Assembly (NCBI GenBank): GCA_965178125.1
Contig: OZ237744.1
Location: 1,054,001-1,118,000 of the forward strand
Origin: Bilabrum cf. latius
Lineage: Eukaryota
Direction of reading: 5' to 3'
Length of the DNA stretch: 64,000 bases
Shown here: positions 50,718-63,400 of the stretch, in pieces
How the letters are laid out: every line of letters begins with the position of its first letter
Numbering within the stretch: position 1 is the first letter of the stretch
Program-made: the position numbers and the translations under genes
The notes under the pieces: generated by a model
What the model saw: the letters and a program-made list of their open reading frames with translations, nothing else
The model's database searches: none
Told to the model about the DNA's origin: nothing

Positions 50718-53700
50718 ATGCTATCGCAAGATGATTCGATTGCAATATTTGATGGTCGTGCTCCTATTTAGTATTCTGGAAAGAATTTAGTTAATTTTAC
50801 CAAGGAAGCGGATCAGAGCTTGCAAGCATCAACGCGGAGAGCAACTGAGCTGCTCGCCTCGACACAAGCTGCGACCTCCAACCTAAACTAGGCGGCAAAA
50901 CGGGTGTTAAATACTTCGATTATTCCAGGAATGAGACATGATCCCTATTTTGCCGTAGCATCTAAGCCTCGTCAACGTGATATCGATCATGAGAAGTGCC
51001 AAGATCGAGCTACTGCCGGTGGTATGGAAATGCTCGGAGCGACTGAGACCCTGTTTGGTCTGGGAATCACAGTGGTTGTGAAATAGGAATGTGAGATTGC
51101 AGGACTCCCGTGCATGGCTACGGTATCACTTTCGGCCAGTTCTGCCCACCACCTTGTTTCACCCCGAATAGCGCAGCACTGTGCCTGTATCCGACCGAGG
51201 CATTGCTGCAGCTTGAAAATTTAGATGACGCGTCAAGAGCAGATCCAAGCAAGCCTGCACGGGACGAGCAAGCAACGAGCGACCGGCACTTGGATTCCCT
51301 AGACGTGCTGACGCGCGGCTAGGACGGTGAGGTGCGCCGTGTTGCTCCGATCGGATGCCTCCCGCAGTGGCCATCCCCGCTGCTCTGGGCCGATGCCCTC
51401 TCCCCTAGAGGCGGGCGCGCCCCAGGCGCCTCCTCGCCCCTGCACTCGCGCGAGCTGCGGCACCTGCTGGACAGCATTCCTGGCGCGAGGGCCGGCGGGC
51501 CCACGGAACTCCTCCACGGGCCCATCACGCAGATCGCAGCGCTGCCGCGAGTTTGCACGCCGCGCATAGGACCAAAGGCGCTTTGCTCGTGGGTGGCGGC
51601 GACCGACGGAAGGCGGGTGTGGCTGTACGGCTTTCGCGCGGACGATGCCACGAGTCCGTCTGGCCTCTCCATTGGAAGTAGCTCGGCCAGCAGCAAGCCG
51701 CGAGCTGGCAAGGTTCTGGTTGTGCCGGTTAAGCTAGATTTGCCGCCAGACCTTACGGCTGACAAACGGTCGAGCCTCGATGACGGCGTACTTCCCCCGC
51801 ACTCCGTCACTTCCATCCAGTTCACACCAGACGTTATGCTGGCCGACATGGACCGCGGCACCAAGACCACAATATACACCTAGCACGATGTCCTGGTCGT
51901 CATATCAAGGCCCATGGCCACTGCGTGGGTGCTGGTCATGCCCAAGCAAGAGGGCATGCGGACCGGCCGCGTGCAAGACTTCTCCGGGCAACACCGCGAC
52001 GTGGCGGGAGACCGCGGCCAGGCAGCAGATGCGCAGGACACCAGCACGCAGCTGGAAGTGGAGGTGCCGACAAGTAAGTCAGGCATGGCAATTCTAAGGC
52101 CCCAGTGGCAAATAGCGTGTCCAGGGCTGTCGTGCGCCACGGTACCTAGGGGGTTACGGGGCGTACGTGACAAGAATGTGTATGGGGGGAAGCCCGTCTG
52201 GCTTGGGCTATCATCGGGCGAGGTATTTGCGACAACCCTTCCGGTCCGAAGTATCTCTCGAGGATTCAACACAAAGGGGCCGCTGGTCATAAACCCCTTA
52301 GCCCAAGATGCGCAGCGGCTGTCTGCCCCAGTGGTCCATCCCCCCCTGGAGCAGTTGAGTGAAGTAGCAAGATCGCGAGGCGCGCAGCTAGAGTGTCATT
52401 GCATATGCGACTTGTCGCCTCACTAGGGTGATGTTGTGAACTGGTTGGGCGTAAATAAGCCGGCCTTGCGCGCTACGGCCAGGCCTGGTAATGACCCGGA
52501 AGATCGTCAAGCCGCCGTGGACACGATCTGGAGGTGCAGCAATGCACTTGCCCTCCGCAGCACCTTTGGTTCGTGGCTCGACACCAACGCTGGTGTCGAT
52601 CCTCGGCTGCGGACCTTCATCGAGAGCAACCATTCGCCGGAGAGTCGCGCATCTGCCTATGGAGCTCTCAGGGCTGCGCTACAAGCTGTACCCAGCCGAA
52701 AGCATAAAATTGAGACTGCACTTGCGGAGGTAGTCGCACATGGACCCGAAGATGCGTCCGCGAAGAATCGGCTTAATTTTCTGCGGCTCTCGTGGGGCAC
52801 ATTCCTCGACCATGCGAGGTCTGTGCTGGAGATGCAGCCAGCCCGAGACACTTGCCCCATGCTGGCAATAGGGTGGAGGGTTCGGATGCCGCATTCTGCG
52901 CACGCTGCGGCGCATGCTTCAATGCTCCACCGCAGACTATTGTCATTTGCGCAACGTGCGTTGCAGACGGTGCATGCTAACGTGCCATCTAGCTGGCTCC
53001 CAGAAAGCGAAGCCACTTAGGCTGCTGTCCTCATGGAGGCGCAGTCGGCTGGGTTGCGGCTGGACGCGGTGGCAGGTGACGGTTGCAACCACGTTTTTGC
53101 CGTCGCGGAGGTTGGTGTGTCTGACTGCCTGACGCCACCACCGCCAGTCCAATGGTTCACAGGCCTGGACCGGATCGATAGCGAAGTGAAGCCTCCGAGA
53201 CTTTGCGACAATGTCGATTTCAAGCAGTGGCAGTGTGGTCGCGCCACACAGAGTATGAAGCCCATGTGGAGGCTTACTCTGTTTCCAGACTTTGCTTCGA
53301 GTGGAAGTCGCACCTTGTCGCACAGTGCTCGGTGGGCCCAGCTCCTGCAGCACTGCAACCTGGGGTACAGGGCTGCATCCAGCGGGACTGGGGACGATCT
53401 GATCCGCGTAGCCGTGAGGAGCATCGCCCGGCCGGTGGTGGAGCTTAGGAGGCCCAAGTACATTCGAGCCTTTCAAGCATGCGCCTTTGCGAGATGGATG
53501 GCGCAGGACGCGCGCCGTGAGGACTAGACGAAGCACAAGGATGAAGACGGCGCTGCAGCATCCGCAGCATCACCAGGCTGGGGTGCGCCGATACCAGCGG
53601 ATGGGGCAGCAGCGATTGCGCCGGGACTAAGCACAGAGCGGGCTCTTGATGCTATCTCAAACTCGCTGGATCACATCGTTTCACGATATACCAACGACAA

Positions 53701-56264
53701 GCGGGTGCCTGCGGAGCACCTCATCATGGACTGCAGGCACCGGCTGGCATGGCTCGCCCGGGCCATGGCCCCTTGCCTTGACTCAGACGCAAAAATAGCA
53801 ATCCTTGGTGGCGCCTCTTCAGACGCGGTGGTGGCAGCTGCATAGTCGAACGATGCTAAGACTGAAGCGGGCCAGGCTGCTCCTGAGCTTGGCGCTGGTG
53901 GAGGAAGCTCCGATGAGTTGGCCCGGGACTCCAAGGCTGCAGATGCCATTCGAAATGCTGCACAACAGTACAAGGAATCCAACGCTCTGTGGGAAGTCGT
54001 GCCAGGCACGTCCTTTGGACCGCGTACCACGGAGCAGACCCTAGCTGACAGCGCTGCTCCGCTGCAGGACCCCTAGGACTGCCTCGTGATTGTACAGGGT
54101 CAGGGAGTGACGGAGGCACCAGTCGGCGCTGATCCAGCAGCAGCTGAAGGTGGGCCGCAACAATCGCCAGCACCGTGTGCCATCGATGCGATGCAGATGG
54201 TTCATGCTGCGGCGCATGGACTTCCTGCTTTGCGCAGCTCTGGTCTGCCTACCGTCGTTTCGGGAGTTGCAAAGCCCGAAGAAGATCCAGTTTCAGACCG
54301 GCCTGATCGACCGGAAGATGACGAAGATGAAGTCAGTAGCGCCGATTCGCGGGCAGCCGACGGTAGCGGCACGGACATCGACACGAAGACCCCCATGTCC
54401 GCTGAAGCATTCGCTGAACTTGTCGCGACCAGTGTATTCGGAGCTGCCTCGAGCCCGCCCACGCTGTTGCCAGGACCTGGATTGGATCCCGTCGCCCAGC
54501 TGCTGCAGCAGAAGTCAGAAGCACCAGGTCAACCGTCCGGTGCCGCATCCGCCCTGCAGCAACCAGAAGTCGCCATGGCTAGTTACTTGAGCTCACCACG
54601 ACTTGCACCGATTGTGGCCGCGCTGCAGGTGGCTCAGAAGGCCGGGCAGACTATCGCGTGCACCTCCCGGCTGCAGGCCCGATTTGACCCAGCGGCCGGC
54701 CTCGTCGTCATCGAGCACATCAGGTCGGTTCCTCGCAGCCAGGAGGCCATCGTCTCAGCTGCACTTGCATGCTTGCCCGGCATGCAGCAGGCCTTGCGCA
54801 CGATAGTCACGGATGCGACACGTTCTTGGGGAGGCCTTTTGACTTTGGCTAGAGATGCCCCGGACGGGCCTCGTGCGCTGTCGCTGGACCCTTCTGGTCT
54901 GCCTCTCCAGATGCTGTGCAACGTGCGCGTGCTCGAACCTGTACCAAGTGCTCTTTCGGGCATGCGGTTGGACCGTTGGTAGGAGCGGGTTCAGCAAGCA
55001 CAGGCGGCTTATACTCAGGCAAAACGAGCTTATTCGGCACCACAGGGTTGCTTGCGAATTCCGGGCATGGATCTACCGGGACTACCCCGACTCCCTTTAG
55101 GCGCAATACGAGGGGTTCGGCACATCATCCCAGAAATTGGAGGAGGTCACCACAAGGGCTAGCACGGCAGGGTTGGGGTGGTGGGGGGCTGCCTCTAGTA
55201 CACGGGCGCTCCCTATTATTCGGCGCACGCTTCGCTCGTGGCCGGTGCTGACCTCGCCTTTGTCTTCTGCTCCAGGGACGCAGCCATACCCATTAAGTGT
55301 TACTCTCCCGAGCTCATCGTGGTTCCTTCGTTCTCCGATCAACCCTCGGGTGACGCCTCCGCGCCAGGCTCACCAGCGGAAGCCCTGCTGCCGTATGCCT
55401 CCAAGCTGAGCGCAATGGTGGTGGGCCCCGGATTGGGCCGTTCAGAAGAAGCTGTCAGGTTTGCTAGGGCCGCCATTCACCTGGCGATCGAATCCAGGAT
55501 CCCTCTCGTGCTGGATGCCGATGCTCTCTGGGTGCTGGAGCAGGACTTGAAAGGAGGAGCAGGAGGATCAGGACGCTCGCACGATGGCGCGGAGAGCCTG
55601 AGGGAGCTGATTCAGCGCGCGACAGCGCCGGTGGTTATGACACCGAATGTGGCAGAGTTGAAACGACTGTGTGAGGCTCTCCAAGTTGCAACGGGCGAGT
55701 CCGAGTCCGAGAGAGTGGGCGAGACATCAATGAGTGGCAGCGGAGCCAGTGGTGCGACCGGCTCGGAAGGTCCCGCCAGCGGAGCTGGGTCCAGTGATCC
55801 AGCCCCTGGGGACGCGGATCCCTCCTCATCTGCCCAAGAACGGTCACTCCCCGCCAAAAATGACTTGCCCACGCGCTTTGCTCGGTCGTATCTTCGCGAG
55901 AGGTCACAAGCGCCCGGCCCCGCTGCCTTGGATGGCAGTGTTGGGGCCCCCTTACTGGCTGTGCTAGCCAAAGGACCCGCTGACAGAGTGCGCGTGGAAT
56001 ACAATTCAGGCTATGGAGACAATCACGGGGATGGCGAGGACCAAGGGGGGCAAGCGACGCACATTGGTGTATCCTCCGTGGCAGTGGATGTGCACAGCCC
56101 TTTCAGCGGTCTCAAGAGGGTTGGAGGGCAGGGTGACGTGCTGGCTGGTACTCTGGCGACTTTCCTCGGTTGGGCGTGGGGTCGGATCAAGCGAGAGCGA
56201 GCCGGTGCAAGAAGCGAGGCCTCTTCGGGATCTAGCGAGGGAGATGTGGGTGACAAGGCACCAC

Positions 56265-56299
<35 letters not shown>

Positions 56300-57154
56300 C
56301 CTGCTGGACCAGGTGAGGCTGTCGCGAGGAGCGAGGGACTGGCCTCTGCATCAACCTGCGAGGGACTGGCCTCTGCATCAACCTGCGAGGAATCCCTGAT
56401 GGCTGCCGTCCATTCGAGGCGGCTGTTCAGCGATGCTGTGTAGCAGGAGCTGGCCATGCTTGGCCTGCAGCTAGAGGCATCAGCGCAAGGGGCGCTGCCT
56501 AGACTAAGGCCGGTGGGGTATGAGATGCTCGAGCTGGGGAGGGTCATGCGTCAGTTCAAGAGCCAGAGAGGGGTGAAGCCAGCGCAAAAGCTCAGTCTGG
56601 CAGGAAGGTGGCCACAGGCTTGGGAACTTGGATACACGCAGGTGGGCACCTCGTTCTGCGACGTGGGGCCCCAACCGCCGATCGTTGCAGACACTGCGTT
56701 CCTCTGGACAAAGCAAGTGGACGCAGGTGCGGGTGCGGGTGCGGGTGCGGGTGCGGGTGCGGGTGCGGGTGCGGGTGCGGGTGCGGGTGCGGGTGCGGGT
56801 GCGGGTGCGTCACCTGGTCTCTCTGGTGCTGCGGGTCATGATCAGGTCTCTATGGGACGAATTCAGGGTGGTAGGATGGCCTATGCGTGCCAGTCCCTTG
56901 CACCGAGCAGTCAGATGCTGCAGGAGGGGCAGGGCCCCGGTACGGCGGTAGACGTGAGGCAGCCCTGTGCGGCCGTGGCGTGTGCCTGTGTGGGCGCCTC
57001 TGCAGTGGCGCGGCGGGCCTCAGCGCTGGCATACAGTAAAGCTAGGAGGGCGATGACTGCGCCCGATGTACTGAAGTGCGTGGGAGAGGCGTTTGTTGAG
57101 CTGTTTCCGGAAAGCGAGCTGGCGCCTGACCCCGCCGAGCTGGTGGGGTCGTGA
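50718..57154 (+). CDS. NAXD: Large protein: unknown N-terminal region (~1400 aa) in frame with a C-terminal ATP-dependent NAD(P)HX dehydratase domain (probable intron 51123-51211; start uncertain)
   Basis: From ~55110: IIP...HKG*HGRVGVVGGCL*YTGAPY, YSPELIV, VVGPGLGR, VLDADAL, TPNVAE and KRVGGQGDVLAG. Upstream ORFs 51110-54982 are in the same frame, separated only by TAG. The NAXD domain call is secure; the fusion is less so. Confidence 0.75.
56726..56809 (+). repeat. (GGTGCG)14 microsatellite encoding a Gly-Ala tract inside the NAXD insertion
   Basis: Perfect hexamer run visible in the sequence. Confidence 0.95.
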
Positions 57155-57458
57155 GGGGCGCGAAACTTGCCAATGCCGGCATGGTTTGATGAGAGGGAGC
57201 GGGGAGGGCTAGCCATGAATACCAATATGATTTTTGCGAATCACGTGACCCCATCCCAGTCTCATTTCGATCACGGCTGCACTGTGCTGCTGGCCGGTTC
57301 CTCGACGGTTCCTTGCCAATCAGTGACGGTTCGTCGACGAAATCCCGGCGCTACAAGGACGCATAGTCTGCATCGCCTGTGTAAATTTGAGCGGATCCCG
57401 ACGCTAATTATACCATAGGTACTTTCTTTGAGAAGCGATAGGGAAGGAACGGGACACG

Positions 57459-60400
57459 ATGGAGTCCCGAGGCAAGTCCAGTATGCTGGAGTACCGAGCC
57501 GTAAGATAAACGGATGTCTGCAGATAGCTGCTTGCCTTGATATTTGACTTGGCATATTATTAGTTTTCAGTAGTTCACGTCTCTTCTATTGGTGGGCTTG
57601 TGTCCACAGCGTGGGCCATCGGTGAAAATCCAAATTGTAAGCACCTACTGCGAATCCGTGCTCGCAGAATACAAATCTCGTGCTTTCTTCTGTTCGGGAC
57701 AGGAGATCAGGAGAGCCGACTGGAGAGGCAGAATCTTTGCGCGGCCGAATGGTAGGCAGGATGGGCGACAGGAGTGGCAGAGAGGTGCGCCCCGCATCCG
57801 AGCAGTGAGCAAGCAGTGACTGCTGGACGCCCTTTGCTCATTGCTTCTGGGCGCGAAACGCAATCCCAAACTACAGCCTTGCTTTTGTGCAATTATCTTC
57901 ACGTTTGCAGGATGGAGAGGTCCGACGATGCCAGCCCTCAGAAAGGTGCCTCTGGTCGCCAAGGCTGGGGCGCGGGTGGTGCGGCCGCTGCCCTTCGAGG
58001 CGAGGCAGCGTCTGCTGCCGTGTACAGGCCAAGCACGCAGGAAAGTGCGCAGGCCTATTCTTCCCTCCTGGGCACAGTACAGAGCATTCTGGGCGATCAG
58101 ACGCACGCCGTGCTAGAGGGCGCCTCGGACGAGGTGCTAGAGGTGCTCAAGGCCTCGGGGGTGTCCAGGCAGGACCAGGACGATGACCTAAGGGGCCTGC
58201 TGGGACCCGCGTGCACCCCGGCGGCTCTAGAGAGGCTTCGTGCCATAGTGAGCAGCATTCACGATTTCACCCCGGCTGCCGCCGCGCAGGGCATTGCGGG
58301 CACGAGCGTGGGGGCGCAGCCGCAGACCAGCCAGATTCAAGTGGCGGTGGCGCTGGGCGAAGACGGGGACCGGGACAAGGACGGCAAGGACCAGGGACAG
58401 GGTGGAGAGGACGCCGGGGCAACCCAGTACAGCCGACACGTGGTGGAGGAGGAGGAGGTAGACGTGGAGGCGCTGCAGAGGCTGCAGCACGGGGCCGGGG
58501 CGAGCACTCGCGCCGCCTCGGGTGCTGGGTCGGACGCCGCCCCGTCCGCAGCCATGGAGGGCAGTGACGGGGCCGTGGACGCGAAGGTGGGGGACTCGAA
58601 AGGAGCCGCGGGGGCCCGCGCTCGGCTGGATCCCGCCTCCATCGACGGTTTCTGGATTCAGAGGCAGCTGCAGGAGCACTACCCCGACGAGGCAGAGGCG
58701 GCCGCCCTCGGCGACTAGATTTTGGAGGCGCTGGGGATGCCTGACGAGCGGGACGCGGAGAACGAGGTGGTCGCGCTGCTGGACTACGACAAGATGCAGC
58801 TGGCCGGGAGGCTGCTGCGGGAGCGCCTCTTGATCCACTACGCAGTGAGGCTGAGGCGGGCGGGCCAGGGGCCGGCGAGGGCGGCTGTGGTGAAGGAGAT
58901 GCAGGGAACCACGAGGGGGCAGCAGGTCCTGGCGAGGATCGAGGGGGAGACGAAAAGGGCCGGTGAGGAAGGTATGCAGGGGTCCGAGGTGCCCGCGGGC
59001 GATGGCATGCCGCCCCCCTCTGCCCCCATGGAAGGGGAAGGGGGCACGGGCGGCGAGTCGAGCCGCGAGGACACCAACGAGGGGATTCGAAGCGGCGCCA
59101 CTGGTGCCCTTAAGGGCTTAGATGCCGACGGTCTCGCGGGCTCCACACCAGCGGATCAGCGGCAAATGCTGGACCTCAAGCAGATGGCCTTCAAGGAGGC
59201 CGGCAGGACGCTCACCAACCCCGAGGTGGATCTGCCGGAGGGCAGCTGGCAGCGGGAGCAGCAGGGATACACGGAGATCCACGTGCCCGCCCCCAAGGCG
59301 CCCCCGATGGCGGAGGGGGAGCGGCTGGTAGACATCTCTGAGATTCCTGCGTGGGCGCAGCACGGCTTCACGGGGGTGCAGAGGCTGAACCGCGTGCAGT
59401 CGAGGCTGTACCCGGCAGCTCTCGGCCGCGCGGAGAATCTGCTCGTGTGCGCTCCCACGGGTGCGGGAAAGACCAACGTTGCGGTGCTTTCCATCCTGCA
59501 GGCCATAGGGCAGGACGGCGGGGCCAGCTCGGCCCCCACCCTTCCTCTCGATCCCGACACGGGTCTGCCTCGCGGCGGGGGGCCTGGCACGGGCATGGGT
59601 ACCAGCGGGCTCAAGATCAACGCGGACGATTTCAAGGTGGTGTACATCGCTCCCATGAAGGCTCTGGTGCAGGAGGTGGTCCACCGCTTTCAGAAGAGGA
59701 TCGGAGAGCCGTATGGGCTCAGGGTGCGGGAGCTGAGCGGTGACGCCAGCCTGTCCCGTCGCGAGCTGCAGGAGACGCAGATCATCGTGACCACACCAGA
59801 AAAGTGGGACATCGTGACTCGGAAGGCAGGAGAGCGTAGCTACGCCGCTCTGGTGCGGCTGATCATCATCGACGAGGTGCACCTGCTGCACGACTCCCGG
59901 GGGCCGGTCCTCGAGGCCATCGTGGCGAGGACCATACGACAGGTCGAGGAGACCAGGAAGCACGTGCGGATCGTGGGTCTGTCGGCAACCCTGCCCAACT
60001 ACACTGACGTGGCAGCCTTCCTCCGCGTGCACCAGGACACGGGTCTCTTCCACTTTGACAACTCGTACCGGCCGTGCCCCTTGCAGCAGCAGTTCATCGG
60101 CATGTCCGAGAAGAAGCCCCTCCGCCGCCTGCAGGCCATGAACAAGCTCTGCTACGACAGGGTGAAGAGCGCCGCGGCCAAGCAGGAGCAGGTGCTCGTG
60201 TTTGTGCACTCGCGCAAGGAGGCCGCTCGCACGGCCGCGACCCTCCGGGACATGGCAGTGGAGGAGGGCGTGATCGATCGATTCGTGGCGGACGGGGGTG
60301 CCTCGCAGCTGATTCTGCAGGAGCAGGCGGGCAGTGCCAAGAACGAGGCACTGCGAGACCTCCTTCCCTACGGGTTCGCCTTCCACCACGCCGGATTGGC

Positions 60401-63400
60401 TCGCGCCGACCGCACCCTCGTGGAGGACCTCACGGAGGCCGGGCACGTCCAGGTGCTGTGCTCCACCGCCACGCTGGCCTGGGGCGTGAACCTGCCGGCG
60501 CATACGGTGATCATCAAGGGAACGGACGTGTACAGCCCCGAGCGCGGGACGTGGGTGGAGCTCAGCCACCTCGACGTGCAGCAGATGCTGGGGCGAGCGG
60601 GCCGGCCGCAGTTCGACACGTTTGGTGAGGGCGTGATCATCACGACGACGGAGCACCTGCGGTACTACACGAGCATGATGAACCAGCAGCTGCCCATCGA
60701 GTCGCAGATGGTCGCAAAGTTGCCCGACCACATAAACGCGGAGGTGGCGGCGGGGACCATCGGCACGCTCGAGGACGCCGCCGCGTGGATCTCGTACACG
60801 TACCTCTTCGTGCGCATGCTGCAGCTGCCCGACCACTACGGCATGTCTACGTACGTGTCCAAGGGCGATGACAACGAGGTCTCGCGTGGAGAAGGGGCCG
60901 GGGCCGTGGAGAGCAAGAGCGGGGACGCGGGTGACGGCGAGAGCGACGCAGCCCGGACGATGCTGCGGGGCCGCATGGATCTGGCGCACACCGCCCTCAC
61001 GGCGCTGGACAGCACGGGGCTCGTGCGGTACGACCGAAGAACCGGGGCGCTGCTGCCCACGGCCCTCGGCCGCGTGTCGTCGTACTACTACGTGTCGCAC
61101 ACGAGCATCGCCACGTACCACCAGCACTTGAGCCCCACGATGGAGACCATCGGCCTGCTGCGGCTCTTCGCCCTATCTGACGAGTTCAAGCAGGTGGTGG
61201 TGCGCGCGGAGGAGAAGGAGGAGCTCAGGAAGCTGCTGGAGCGAGTCCCCGTCCCCGTGAACGAGCTCCCGGACGACCCCGCCTGCAAGATCAACGTGCT
61301 GCTGCAGGCCTACATCTCCCAGCTGCCCCTGGCCGGTCTCGCGCTCAACAGCGACATGGTGTTCGTGCAGCAGTCGGCAGGCAGGTTGATGCGAGCGGTG
61401 CACGAGGTCTGCCTCGGCCGGGGCTGGGCGCAGCTGGCCCGTCGCGCCCTGGAGCTCTGCAAGTGCGTGGACCACCGCATGTGGCCCGCCCAGACCCCCC
61501 TTAGGCAGTTCCAGGGCATGCCGGACGAGCTGTGCCGCAGCCTGGAGCGCCGCGATATGGAGTGGGAGAGGTTGCTGGACCTCGCACCGGCCGACCTGGG
61601 CGAGCTGGTGCGCAAGCCCAACCTGGGCAAGGTCCTCCACAAGCTGGTCCACACCTTCCCGAGGGTGGAGCTGCAGGCCGGCGTGCTGCCGGTGACGCGG
61701 TCCGTCCTTCGCGTGGAGCTGTCCGTCACCCCTGATTTCCGCTGGGACAGCCGGCTGCTGGGCGGGGCCGTGGTGATGTGGTGCATTGTGGAGGACGCGG
61801 ATCAGGATACCATCCTGCACCACGAGCAGTTCGCGCTGCGGCAGAAGCAGGTCGAGGCCGGTGAGGACGTCGTGCTGACCTTCACCGTGCCCATCACGGA
61901 GCCCGCGCCGCCAGTCTACTTTGTGCGAGTGGTGGCGGACCGTTGGATCGGGGCGGAGCAGCTCCTGGCTTTGCCCTTCCGCAGGCTCCTCCTGCCGGAG
62001 AAGAACGTGCTTCCACTTGAACCGAGGGACATGCAGCCCGCCACTCCGGCCGACCTGCGAGACCCCGCCCTCGTGCGGTGCCTGGCCCAGCAGGGGGTGC
62101 GGGAGCTCAACCCGGTGCAGACCCAGGCCTTTCAGTCCCTCTTCCGCTCCGACGCAAACGCAGTGGTGGCCGCGCCCTGCGGAAGCGGCAAGACGCTGTG
62201 CGCGGAGCTGGCCGTGATGCGGGCCTTCACTCAGGACGAGGACGCGACTGTCGTGTACGTGAGCCCCGTGCCCGAGCTGGCCGGGGTGGTCTTTGAGCAG
62301 TGGAACCGAACGTTCGGCGAGGGGCTGGACAAGATCGTGGTGGAATTGACGGGCGAGGTGTCGGCCGACCTGAGGCTGCTGGCAGGGGCCCACGTGGTCA
62401 TCGCGACCGCGCACCAGTGGGAGCAGGTGGCGCGGCGGTGGCAGGAGCGGAGGGCCGTGCGCGAGGTCGCCCTCTTCGTGTTCGACGACGTGCACATGAT
62501 TGCCTCGGAGCAGGGGGGCGCGGAGCTGGAGGCGGCCATCTCCAGGACGAGGTTCCTGGCGAGCAGGGCAAGGAGCCAGCTGCAGTCCGCCCTGCGACAG
62601 AGGGAGGCGGAGGGCAAGAGCGGCGCAGGGGGGGACGAGGACGAGGACGAGGACGAGGGGCTGCCGCCGCCTCCTCCCCGCATCGTGGCCCTCTCGGCGC
62701 CGCTTGCCAACTGGAAGGACTTCGTGGAGTGGTTGGGTGCCCCCGAGAGCGCGCAGCTGTGCTTCGACGTGCACGCCAGGCCCCTCCCCCTTGACGTGCG
62801 CCTGCAGGGATTCGACGTGCCCTCGCCCCCGGCCAGGATCGCAGCCATGTCAAGGCCGGTGTACCACCACCTGAACAGGAGGTGCGCCACACCGGAGGAG
62901 TACGATCACCCCCTGGACGGCCCGGCTGCGGCTGCGAGCGGCGGTGCGGCCAGCATGACCGACGGGCAGGAGGAGGAAGGCTCGGCGGTTCCCGCTGTGG
63001 ATCGCCTGGGTCCCAGCTGGCGGTCGTCAATGGCCAAAGCCCGGAACGCGATCGTGTTTGTTCCCTCGGCCCGGCAGGCGCAGCTCAGCGCACTCTCTGT
63101 GCTTACTCTGGCGGCCGCGGACAACACCGGGGTGCGCGGTGCCGCTAGGTTCCGCAGAGGGGACCCCGAGGCGCTGGCCCGCGTGGCGCGGTCCGTGTCG
63201 GACGAGACGCTGACGTACTGCCTGAGCCTAGGGGTGGGCTTCCTGCACGACGGGCTGTCCCAGGAAGATCAGAACGCGGTCTTGGGCGCGTTCACGGACG
63301 GCAGGGCCGGCGTGATCGTTGCCGCGGCGGAGCGTGCGTGGGCGCTGGGCTCGATCAAGGCGCACACCGTAGTGATCGCCGACACGCAGAGGTACGACAG

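Noticed and set aside
250-58718. Cluster of pseudogenes, or sequencing errors causing premature stops
   Set aside because: The interruptions are essentially all TAG, with no frameshifts, and they fall at conserved Gln sites of essential genes. Random decay would also give TGA, TAA and indels.
250-58718. TAG as pyrrolysine, Leu, Tyr or Glu
   Set aside because: The best-conserved columns (SmF, Rrp46, MAK16, NAXD HKGQ) are Gln. Only isolated sites align with Glu, and no pyl genes are visible in this window.
62480-62500. DDVH instead of DEVH in the Brr2 second helicase cassette
   Set aside because: The C-terminal cassette of Brr2 is known to be catalytically degenerate, so this is not novel.
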